This document shows positions 6,946-14,829 of a DNA stretch of 25,873 nucleotides, piece after piece (the stretch's first letter is position 1; every line of letters starts with the position of its first letter). The stretch spans positions 1 through 25,873 of the IMG/VR virus record IMGVR_UViG_3300044798_000623, one strand, 5' to 3'. The position numbers and the translations under genes are program-made. Below the pieces are notes generated by a model that was given only the letters and a program-made list of their open reading frames with translations, was not told the DNA's origin and ran no database searches. Origin of the DNA: a virus (Duplodnaviria > Caudoviricetes).

Positions 6946-7803
6946 TTAGCTTATCGCGACTGTTTTGGCAACGAATGTGCCTTTTAGGCTGACGAGCTCT
7001 TCAACGCGTGTTGGCGCTGCTGCGTTCTCCCATTTGCAGTTGCTGAAGACAGCCTTGTGGCTTCCGCCCAAACCGAATTCTAGGCTGAATTCCGCGTCGT
7101 TGATCACGTCTTCGAACTCTTCTTTGCTTTCGAACTCGAAAACCAGTTCGCCTGTTAAGTCGCGGTGCCTGTGCGGCAAGTACTTGAGGATGTTTCCGTT
7201 TGGCGTGCGGATCACGGGGACTTGTTTGAGGTTGTTTTCGATGGTGAATTTCCAGTCCGTTACGCGCTCCAGCGTTGCCGCGTCTTTTTTGATGTAGCTT
7301 TCGTAGAAGGGCACTGCTCCAGCGTGATCAGCGTAATTAGCGCCTGCTATCTTGGCTGTTCCTGCTACGAGGTCTTGGGCGAGAAGCTCCGCGTTGGCTT
7401 TTACAACGTCTTCTACGCCGCATTCGACTGTTGCTCGTTGGAATTTGCAGCCCGTGTAAAGGAGCGAGATTATGTCCGTGGCAGAGGCGAAAGCGCCCTT
7501 GTAGTAGAGCAGTTGGATGCTCAGGGACTTGCCTAATTCCGCTTTTGCGTACTGGAGAAAGTTTATGGGCGCGTCACTTGGCAACGGATAAGCGATTTTC
7601 AGGCTTGGCGCTCTTAGGCCTTTCTTGATTGCTTGCAGGTCTATGGAGCCTACGCCGCGGAGTTTCATGTTGCTCGGGTTCACTGTTGGCTCTAAGCTCT
7701 CGGCGGGAACGCTCAGCATCGACGGGTTCGTGGGCGTTTGTCCATAAACTGTTTCTTCCACGTAGTAGACTCGGCTTTCGTGCGCACTGTATGTTTCTGG
7801 CAT
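6946..7803 (-). CDS. major tail tube protein
   Basis: YVEETVYGQTP N-terminus, FTIENNL, RDLTGELVFEFES motifs of siphovirus tube proteins. Confidence 0.85.
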   Translation of the reverse strand: MPETYSAHESRVYYVEETVYGQTPTNPSMLSVPAESLEPTVNPSNMKLRGVGSIDLQAIKKGLRAPSLKIAYPLPSDAPINFLQYAKAELGKSLSIQLLYYKGAFASATDIISLLYTGCKFQRATVECGVEDVVKANAELLAQDLVAGTAKIAGANYADHAGAVPFYESYIKKDAATLERVTDWKFTIENNLKQVPVIRTPNGNILKYLPHRHRDLTGELVFEFESKEEFEDVINDAEFSLEFGLGGSHKAVFSNCKWENAAAPTRVEELVSLKGTFVAKTVAIS

Positions 7804-7813
7804 TTTTTGTTTT

Positions 7814-8788
7814 TCACACTCCTATGTTCTCGAAGAACCATGATTTCAAGGTGAATTCCGTGCGGAAAATGAAGGGTTTAACGTCCACGCGGTCCACGTC
7901 GCGGAAACTGGCCACGTCGCAGTAGGTTATGCCGTTAACCGTGACCGTGCAGCTTACGTAATCGCAATACAGCGTTGCAGGGATCGCGCCGTCGCTGGCG
8001 TTCAGTGTTCTGGCAAGAAACCAAACATACCCGTTGTCGTCGACGTAGTTTGGCAGGTCCTGAACCAGCGTGATGGCGATTGTTTCGTCGGTTCCGCCTG
8101 CTCCGCCTGTTTGAGCGTTCTGCCAAGCGCTAGCGTTGTGGTTCCAGACTTTGACTGTGACTCCGTTGCCGCCCGGCGCTGTCCCGTAGCCCTCGAAAGC
8201 TAAAACTATCTTCTTAACAGTTTTTTCTCTGCTCTCAACCCTAAAGCGGAACAGCATAACCGCGTATTCGCCGTTTTCGCCGTGGCTTATTTGGCAACGG
8301 TCATCGTCGCTGTACCAGAGCTGCTGATACTGCCCGCTTGACAGCTCGGTCCAGCCAGCCGCATAGGGCGAGGCTTCACTGCTATTGTGATACGCCTTGC
8401 GCATTTGCCCACTTGGACCCGTGTTAAAGAAATCGTAGAGCGTTTCGTTGGGTTTATTGCGGTTCTGCCTAATGACGCGGTTGACTTCGTCGCCGATTTT
8501 GCCGCGCATTACTCTGCCTGCTTCGCTTGTGCTTGGCGTGTCTGTTGTCCAAACGTTGACCCTTAAGAGTGACAGGCGCCTCCGTGTTCTGCCGCTTAAC
8601 TCGATTTTCTGGTCTGTACTCTCAGCCAAGCCTACGGTTACTTGCCCGTCACAGTTCTTGAAAGCGTCAGTGTTCTGCCACTCGCAGGTCACGCTTACGG
8701 TGGCCAGGGCTCCGTTGTCTTTGGCAACGCGCATTTTCGTTCTGAGCAGTCTCGTAACTGTCGTGGCTACGTCTTCTGTCTCGCTCAT
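7814..8788 (-). CDS. tail terminator-like protein with inserted beta-sandwich domain
   Basis: Just upstream of the tube gene; N-part (LRVNVW...EVNRVI) and C-part (FRTEFTLKSW) flank a ~170-aa beta-rich insert; start set at MSETED, overlapping the previous stop. Confidence 0.6.
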   Translation of the reverse strand: MSETEDVATTVTRLLRTKMRVAKDNGALATVSVTCEWQNTDAFKNCDGQVTVGLAESTDQKIELSGRTRRRLSLLRVNVWTTDTPSTSEAGRVMRGKIGDEVNRVIRQNRNKPNETLYDFFNTGPSGQMRKAYHNSSEASPYAAGWTELSSGQYQQLWYSDDDRCQISHGENGEYAVMLFRFRVESREKTVKKIVLAFEGYGTAPGGNGVTVKVWNHNASAWQNAQTGGAGGTDETIAITLVQDLPNYVDDNGYVWFLARTLNASDGAIPATLYCDYVSCTVTVNGITYCDVASFRDVDRVDVKPFIFRTEFTLKSWFFENIGV

Positions 8789-10209
8789 TGGCTCATGAGC
8801 CTCCTGCACGTGACTTTGCGAAAGGCAGTCTCGCCTCTGAAGGTGAATTCCTGCACGCTTAGAATCTCGTAGTCTTCGCCGTTTCTGCGGATTTTGTCCC
8901 GACGCCGCACTGGCGCAAAAACGTGGATAACCAAGTAGTCATTTGTGACGTAGCCCGGCTCCAGCAAAACTTCTTCAGCTTTCGCCGGCAAGACTATCGC
9001 TTTCAAGTCTATGCCCGCGCCGTAGACGGTTTTTTCGCCTCCTTCCTTCAGTGGATGGAGCGTTAGGTTTTCGCCTTTGCTGTTCAGTATCTGAGTGAAC
9101 CGCGTCACGGGCGCCTCGTAGCTTAAGAATAGCTGTGAAAGCCAGCAGACAGTGGCCATGGCCTGCTTGTTCTCTACGAAACCGTAGTCCGCGTGTTTGG
9201 CACCCCAGAACATGAATTCGTTTGAATGGTTGCTGATGATTTTCGCGCTGAACTCGTAGGCGGATTTGTCTCGGTCTCGTCGTATCTGGGCAAGAATGCC
9301 CGCGGTTACGCTATCATAATAATCACAAGCTGGAACCCTCGCCGCAACGTCGATGTAGCCTGCCCAGCAGATCGCCGGGTTATAGGCGGGATACAGCGGC
9401 GAAGGGCCGATGGCGTTGATAAACTCGTAGGCCTTTTGCACTGTGGGACTCCAGCCTTCATGATCGTAAAGGCCTAATAGTGCGTAAGCCAACGCGTCAT
9501 CGAAAATCGTGCCCTCATTTGGGCCTGTGCGGTGCCAGTTCCCATCTCCACTGGGCGGCGGATCATAGTAGACGTAGAAGCCTTCGAGACCTTGGCGGCA
9601 AAAGCCTGTTGAGTCCGAGATCATGGCTTCGTACTTGCCTTTGTTGGCGGGGTCTGATTCGCAGAGCATCTTCAGGGCAATAAGCCCGTAGAGGCATTCA
9701 ACATCCATCTGCTGAAGCCACGCGTCCGTTAGGGTTGTGGCTCTTGCGAATCCGCCGTAGTACTTGTCGTGAATGCCAAGCTGGCTTGGTTTGTGCTGCA
9801 TGTTGTAGAGGAACGTGTCGGCTGCCAGTTTGGCACTGTTCAAATATGCCGCATTAGTGGTAAGCTCGTAGACTTTCAACAAAGCGGGTATCGTGCGGCA
9901 CGCGTCAACGCTGTAAAAAAACGTGCTGGTCTCGGCGCTTTTAAATCCGCCGTACGCCTGCTTCTCGCTGTCCGTGCACTGCTGCGTCAGTATCCAGTCT
10001 GCGAGCTCCACGATTTTGCTTTCTATCTCCGCGCTTCGATCATCGAACTCCGCGTCGAAGTAGGCTTCGTACAGAAAATCAACAGCGAAACCAGCGACAA
10101 ACGCGGCTCTGCCCCATGTCAGGTCTGGCCCAGACTCTGGTATCACGTAAACGTACGGAGCGTAATCAATTACGAACTGGTAGTAGTAGTCTTCTGGCAC
10201 TTTTGCCAT
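8785..10209 (-). CDS. fusion: alpha/alpha-toroid (glycosidase/prenyltransferase-like) domain plus C-terminal head-closure-like domain
   Basis: ADWILTQQ...YGGF and FLYNMQ...YGGF helical repeats; last ~105 aa (LLEPGYV...RRRDKIRRNGEDYEILSV) resemble SPP1 gp16-type stoppers; start set at MAKVP. Confidence 0.65.
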   Translation of the reverse strand: MAKVPEDYYYQFVIDYAPYVYVIPESGPDLTWGRAAFVAGFAVDFLYEAYFDAEFDDRSAEIESKIVELADWILTQQCTDSEKQAYGGFKSAETSTFFYSVDACRTIPALLKVYELTTNAAYLNSAKLAADTFLYNMQHKPSQLGIHDKYYGGFARATTLTDAWLQQMDVECLYGLIALKMLCESDPANKGKYEAMISDSTGFCRQGLEGFYVYYDPPPSGDGNWHRTGPNEGTIFDDALAYALLGLYDHEGWSPTVQKAYEFINAIGPSPLYPAYNPAICWAGYIDVAARVPACDYYDSVTAGILAQIRRDRDKSAYEFSAKIISNHSNEFMFWGAKHADYGFVENKQAMATVCWLSQLFLSYEAPVTRFTQILNSKGENLTLHPLKEGGEKTVYGAGIDLKAIVLPAKAEEVLLEPGYVTNDYLVIHVFAPVRRRDKIRRNGEDYEILSVQEFTFRGETAFRKVTCRRLMSQ

Positions 10210-10213
10210 TCTC

Positions 10214-10567
10214 TTACGCGCTCCTGACAACGGGCTGCTTTAACCCATTCAAAACTCGTTCAAGCTCCTGTTGGAGCACGCCTAATGGCGGAGCCTTTTC
10301 CGTGACGCTGACGTTTTGGTCTCCAACGCTGAAGCTTAAGCCAACCGCGGAGCCGCCCGTCAAATAGCAGATCGCGTAGACTGCGGCTAGCAGCGTGATG
10401 AACTCTTTCTCTGCTTCCGTACAATCATTAAAGTCTACTTCCTTGCCGAGCTCCAACTCCAGCGTGACTTCTGCGCGTTTGAGCATCTTTGAGAGCTTGG
10501 CGTCTGGAATGTCTGTGGCGCTAACATTAATCGTGTCTCGCACGTCGCTTAGTGATACGTTCGCCAA
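10214..10567 (-). CDS. head-tail connector/adaptor (gp6/gp15-like)
   Basis: VSLSDVR start, all-helical ~115 aa, SFSVGDQNVS hairpin; first gene of the neck-tail block. Confidence 0.75.
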   Translation of the reverse strand: MANVSLSDVRDTINVSATDIPDAKLSKMLKRAEVTLELELGKEVDFNDCTEAEKEFITLLAAVYAICYLTGGSAVGLSFSVGDQNVSVTEKAPPLGVLQQELERVLNGLKQPVVRSA

Positions 10568-10684
10568 ACCGCGTCAACCTCGCACGTAGAAAAGGCGGAT
10601 AAGGCGAATTTAAACAATTTTTACGATAAAAAAGCCTGATTAAAGTCTATTTAACTAAAAAAGCTTTTTGAGAAAGTGTTTTCG

Positions 10685-11590
10685 TTAAGCCATTACTGAA
10701 TAAGCCTTTTTCTTCAAACTTTTCTTTTTCATGTAAAAAATAACGGGCAAAGTAAAAAGCACAAGCATGGTCACCACTACAAAGTCTGAGGGGAATTCTG
10801 GAATTATTTCTTCAGTGTAGAAGGTGTGTAATACGTCGGCGATTATGTTTACCGCCAAGTTTAGGGATTCTCCGCTTCGATTCCTAAACGTGGCGTCGTT
10901 CCAGTTGTAGTGTTGGTCCATCCAAACGCACGTTAAATCCCCTTCAGCATCAAAAGTCGTGTCATAAGCCAGCGTCGAAGCCGCATCATAAACCGAGCTT
11001 ACGCCCAAGTTGCCATCGAACACGAGGTAACTGTTGAATTCGTCCGCGTAGCTCTCCGTGCGGTGTTGCACATAATCTTCATAGTCGCTGTGATGCGATT
11101 CGGCACCCCACGCCGTGGCTGCGCCCATCACGTGTCCAAAAACGGCCAAGTCCGCAATGTAGTGCGCAACCATGCCCAATCGCTTGGCGGCTTCGCCAAA
11201 GTTTCCAGCATTAAAAAAGTTAACCGCGTTCACGTATTCTTCTCTGGCTCTGACAGCCGCGGCGTCATCCTGCACTGAACCATTAGCGAAAAAGTAAACG
11301 TGATGCTTAGTCGTGTCGCCCATACCATCAGGAGCTTGATTGTTATCGGGCAGCTCAGTTCCGTATAGATAACTGGCTTTATTGTCAATCAGAAACTGCT
11401 TCTCCTGCAGCGGCAGCCAGTCCAGGGCGTGTTCGGCGATCCAGTCATGAGTGCCATAATTCGGATTGCTCGGGTCGGTGCTGTAGCCGCCGTTGCTCCA
11501 GCCTGAAACAGTTGTGGCGCCAAGGCTGACTATGAATAACGCGCTTAAGAGGACGCTCACGCATGAGAAGGCTACTTGTTTCCTTAGCAT
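10685..11590 (-). CDS. secreted zinc-dependent phospholipase C / S1-P1 nuclease family protein with PEF-CTERM sorting signal
   Basis: Signal peptide, mature N-terminal Trp (WSNGG), THDWIA, ELPD, HH, HYIAD...H, H..YE zinc ligands; IPEF + TM helix + Lys-rich tail. Confidence 0.85.
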   Translation of the reverse strand: MLRKQVAFSCVSVLLSALFIVSLGATTVSGWSNGGYSTDPSNPNYGTHDWIAEHALDWLPLQEKQFLIDNKASYLYGTELPDNNQAPDGMGDTTKHHVYFFANGSVQDDAAAVRAREEYVNAVNFFNAGNFGEAAKRLGMVAHYIADLAVFGHVMGAATAWGAESHHSDYEDYVQHRTESYADEFNSYLVFDGNLGVSSVYDAASTLAYDTTFDAEGDLTCVWMDQHYNWNDATFRNRSGESLNLAVNIIADVLHTFYTEEIIPEFPSDFVVVTMLVLFTLPVIFYMKKKSLKKKAYSVMA

Positions 11591-11638
11591 GGCCCAGTGC
11601 CGTATTCTATTTTAGGTGTGCTTCAAATTTAAAAATTG

Positions 11639-12808
11639 CTAGTCGCCTGCGAGTTGCACAGCCAAATCGCCTAGGATAAGGAACAATCTTGTTTTCTTAA
11701 CGCCGCCAGTTCCAACCTCAACGACCTCAGTAAGGCTAATGCTCTCAGTAACCTGCAGAACACGAGAAGGCGTAGAAACCGCATCAACCAAGGTCAATGA
11801 ATCAGACACATTCAACGTCTTTAATACTCTTGCTACATCCGCAAGGTTCACGGAATCCGCAACCGCCAACAGTTTCGCCACCAAAACGACCTCAGCAGCG
11901 CCTATCGCATCCGAAACAGTGACCGAGGGCTTATGCCTAAAAATTGCATCAAGAACACTCACGGTATCCGCAATAGCCACAGGCTTATTCACCAACGCCA
12001 AATCAGCCAAGCCTATCGTGTCTAGCACGGTTTTAATTATAGCCCCTGTGATAACGTTAACCAAGTCAGCGAGCGAAAGCACATCTGAGACAATCAAAGG
12101 CGACTTGTCCCCTTTAACCGAATCCGCAGCGCCCACAGAATCCGCTATAGTTAACGTCTTGTTCCGCAAGACTGCATCAGCAAGCCCTAAAACATCTGTT
12201 ATTGGAAGAAGTGTTTTATGCCGCAGAACCGAATCGGAAAGCCCAAGCGAATCCGTCACTTCCTTTAAAACTCCGCCTGCCGTGTAAGTGACTGTTAATT
12301 TGCACGCATTCGCATTCACATTGTCCCATGAGTAACAGTCTTTCTTGTTGTCGCTTGCGCTACCATCATCTTCCCAGAAAAGAGCTAAAGCGTTACCGCT
12401 TACCCAGCCTGCCCTATTAACTATCTCCTGAATAACTGCCGATATATCGACGCTATCATACCAAGTGTCTGCTGTCCACCCTTCACTAGGATCCCAATCT
12501 ACTGCGGCGGTTGTTCTTGGGCGACCATTATAATCCGTTAAATCCGAGAATGTAGCAGCGTTGTCTTCATCATCACCTGTAATTTTTGTCTTTACACCCG
12601 TAGACGGATCTGATACCCTAGCACGGACTGAGATTGCGGCAGAGTTGATGGTTGAACCCTGCGGGATAGTAATGTTTAGGAATCTAACGCCGCTGCCATC
12701 GACAAGACCATCACGATGCCCAGCGATAATACGAATACCATTTGTGTCAAATGTTGCGTTTTCCCTACGGCAATCGTCAGTTGATGCTCCAACTTGCCAT
12801 GCAGTCAT
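11639..12808 (-). CDS. fibre/spike-like protein: N-terminal beta-sandwich (DNRLRE/CBM96-like) plus ~10 tandem 18-20-aa repeats
   Basis: GVRFLNITIPQGSTINSA, DISAVIQEIV, KLTVTY; repeats of the form (V/I)xDx(L/V/I)xLxD. Confidence 0.7.
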   Translation of the reverse strand: MTAWQVGASTDDCRRENATFDTNGIRIIAGHRDGLVDGSGVRFLNITIPQGSTINSAAISVRARVSDPSTGVKTKITGDDEDNAATFSDLTDYNGRPRTTAAVDWDPSEGWTADTWYDSVDISAVIQEIVNRAGWVSGNALALFWEDDGSASDNKKDCYSWDNVNANACKLTVTYTAGGVLKEVTDSLGLSDSVLRHKTLLPITDVLGLADAVLRNKTLTIADSVGAADSVKGDKSPLIVSDVLSLADLVNVITGAIIKTVLDTIGLADLALVNKPVAIADTVSVLDAIFRHKPSVTVSDAIGAAEVVLVAKLLAVADSVNLADVARVLKTLNVSDSLTLVDAVSTPSRVLQVTESISLTEVVEVGTGGVKKTRLFLILGDLAVQLAGD

Positions 12809-12913
12809 TTTTTATGTCTCTTCATATCATCATATTATTATGTTTACTTTCCAAATAGTGCTTGTTTTGCCGAAAGTTGTCATAGATTTCCCCATTAAGA
12901 AAAAAGGGAAGGT

Positions 12914-12952
12914 TTAGCTGAACGTTATCTGCAAACTCAACGTCCATATTTC
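12914..12952 (-). pseudogene. stranded ancestral 3' end of the 13915..14463 gene (EIWTLSLQITFS-stop)
   Basis: Begins 2 bp after the endonuclease stop; aligns without gaps to the current C-terminus ETWVLSVQVSFS-stop; followed by a T-rich tract. Confidence 0.85.
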
Positions 12953-12954
12953 GG

Positions 12955-13884
12955 TTATTCGCATTTAAAGCCACCTTCAACGCGCTTCTCCAACTCAGCG
13001 AGCATTTCTTCGGCTTTTTCTCTCTTAATAATCAGGCTAGGTAATACTGCTTTGAGAAAGACGATGATGTTTAAAGTTCCATCGATTTGCCAAGTTCCAC
13101 AAGCGCAAAGTTTTTTTGTCACACCCATGAACGCCCCTATTCTTTCGGATCTCCAAGATACTTTGCCGCCAATAGACTCAAGGTACTTCAAAACCTCAGA
13201 ATTTGTGTTAGAAATACCAATGTGAGGCTGTTTATCAATTTTACCATGCCGCTTTCTAATGTTCCAAGTTATATGTCCCTCACCATCCAACAAACCAGCA
13301 ATATACCCAAGTTCTCTTGGATTTTCAGGCATTTTTAATTCCAGTCCCTTAGTGCCGTGATGCCTGAATTCAACGCCTTGCCGAATGAGAGCATTCCGAA
13401 TTGCTTTAATTCCAACATGTAATTGTCCAGCGAGATCTTGAAGCGTCAAACCAGAGAGATATGCCCTCGCTATTTCTTCATCTTGATCAGGTGTAAATTT
13501 TCTAAGTTCTGGTCGATACTCTGGACGGTACTTTCGAGTCGGTATTCTAAGTCTTCGGCAAGCCTTCCAAATAGCACCAGTGGATACACCTAATTGCCGC
13601 GCTATTTCCACCTGTGACTTTTTTGAAGTAATATATTGCTCATATAGCCAACTCCGATCACGCAAATGTGGGTTTTTAGCCTCTCTTAATTTTCTTTTGA
13701 TTTCCCAACTCTTTTTTCTTAATCCATGTCTTTTCATGGCTAAACTGACTGCGGCAAGACTGCATCCCAGTTCTTCAGCAATGTCCCGTTGAAGTTTGTT
13801 CTGGTTGAAGTATAGTTCCCGCAATAGCTCTGGGTTATGAAGCGTTTCGCATCTTGGATATGGCATAGCGATCAACGTATTCAT
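12955..13884 (-). CDS. free-standing LAGLIDADG homing endonuclease with three N-terminal HTH repeats
   Basis: GYIAGLLDGEG motif, ISNTN, FLKAVLPSLIIKREKA; HTH-like QRDIAEELGCS, QVEIARQLGVS, LQDLAGQLHVG; more AT-rich than the cluster. Confidence 0.9.
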   Translation of the reverse strand: MNTLIAMPYPRCETLHNPELLRELYFNQNKLQRDIAEELGCSLAAVSLAMKRHGLRKKSWEIKRKLREAKNPHLRDRSWLYEQYITSKKSQVEIARQLGVSTGAIWKACRRLRIPTRKYRPEYRPELRKFTPDQDEEIARAYLSGLTLQDLAGQLHVGIKAIRNALIRQGVEFRHHGTKGLELKMPENPRELGYIAGLLDGEGHITWNIRKRHGKIDKQPHIGISNTNSEVLKYLESIGGKVSWRSERIGAFMGVTKKLCACGTWQIDGTLNIIVFLKAVLPSLIIKREKAEEMLAELEKRVEGGFKCE

Positions 13885-13914
13885 TGAGTACTCCTCAATT
13901 TAAACTTTATCGTA

Positions 13915-14463
13915 TTACGAGAAGGACACTTGAACGCTTAATACCCATGTTTCACCTGAAACTTTAGTGCCTTTACTGCTTATTTTGCGGTTCAAGTTTT
14001 TGCCCGTATCGGTTGATGCGTTCACAACGGTGTATTCTTCCCAAGCATAGTTCGCGTCGCCTGAAGCAAAGGTTGCCCGCCATTCTGCGGTTTGATTAGT
14101 TCTTGCGGGATAGCTTGTATCCATAGCCTTGTACGTTTTGTTCGTTGCCGCTTGCAGTCCTGTGTGAGTTGCGTTTTCAGCCGCGTTGGAGTCTCCGACG
14201 CCTAACCGCGCATTAGTATTGTCCCATTTTGTCGGTGTTCCGAGCCCGCAAATGACGTCAATAAGTTCTTGGAGCCCTTCGTTCAATGCGATGTTCGCTT
14301 CAAACTCTTCGGTGCAGATGAACGCTTTCGCGTAGAGGCTTATGGCTTTAGCCACGGGCATACCCACTTGCAGTGCACTCGCGATCTCGCCTTTGGGATC
14401 CTTGAATTTGTCTATTCGCCATTTGGCTTTCCAGCTTACTTTATCCATTGTTTTTTCCATCAT
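13915..14463 (-). CDS. virion protein resembling fibre-attachment (tail-collar fibre N-terminal-like) domains
   Basis: LGVGDS...TGL, ATFASGDANYAWEEY...LNRK...K..GETW pattern. Confidence 0.6.
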   Translation of the reverse strand: MMEKTMDKVSWKAKWRIDKFKDPKGEIASALQVGMPVAKAISLYAKAFICTEEFEANIALNEGLQELIDVICGLGTPTKWDNTNARLGVGDSNAAENATHTGLQAATNKTYKAMDTSYPARTNQTAEWRATFASGDANYAWEEYTVVNASTDTGKNLNRKISSKGTKVSGETWVLSVQVSFS

Positions 14464-14508
14464 ATTCCTCCTTTTTAAATGGTTTCTCGCACAGCCGCGC
14501 TTTGTCGG

Positions 14509-14733
14509 CTATGTTCGAGCCACCTCGCTTAACGTGCCATTCCACGTGAACGTTAAAGTGAAAAGCAAGTCAGCCCCATCATACGCCCTTAAACTCGCCA
14601 GAGTGCCGTCAACGTTCCACGTGAAGGCGAGCTTGGTGATTCTTCGGCCAGGCGGAGGACACGCAATGTCCATTAACGCGCTGTGGATAGCCCTGTACGC
14701 CTCGTCGTACCTTCCGTATGCGACCTCAGTCAT
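14509..14733 (-). CDS. small hypothetical protein with duplicated FTWN(xx)GTL motif
   Basis: GAGG/GGAG upstream of MTEV; internal repeat also visible in DNA (TTCCACGTGAA twice). Confidence 0.65.
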   Translation of the reverse strand: MTEVAYGRYDEAYRAIHSALMDIACPPPGRRITKLAFTWNVDGTLASLRAYDGADLLFTLTFTWNGTLSEVART

Positions 14734-14799
14734 CTCCATCCGCCTCAAAAATCTCGAATGGCCATTTCAGCCGTGTAGAAGGTTGAGCCCTTCTCCCGC

Positions 14800-14825
14800 T
14801 TAGGAAAGAGGAAAAGAAAAAGGAG
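14800..14825 (-). terminator. pyrimidine/oligo-T tract after the portal gene
   Basis: CTCCTTTTCTTTTCCTCTTTCC on the minus strand just after the stop; archaeal-type terminator candidate. Confidence 0.35.
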
Positions 14826-14829
14826 CCGC

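Noticed and set aside
12953-13914. Intron or intein housing the LAGLIDADG ORF
   Set aside because: The host gene is complete with its own stop before the ORF, the non-coding flanks are only 2 and 30 bp, and there are no intein splice motifs
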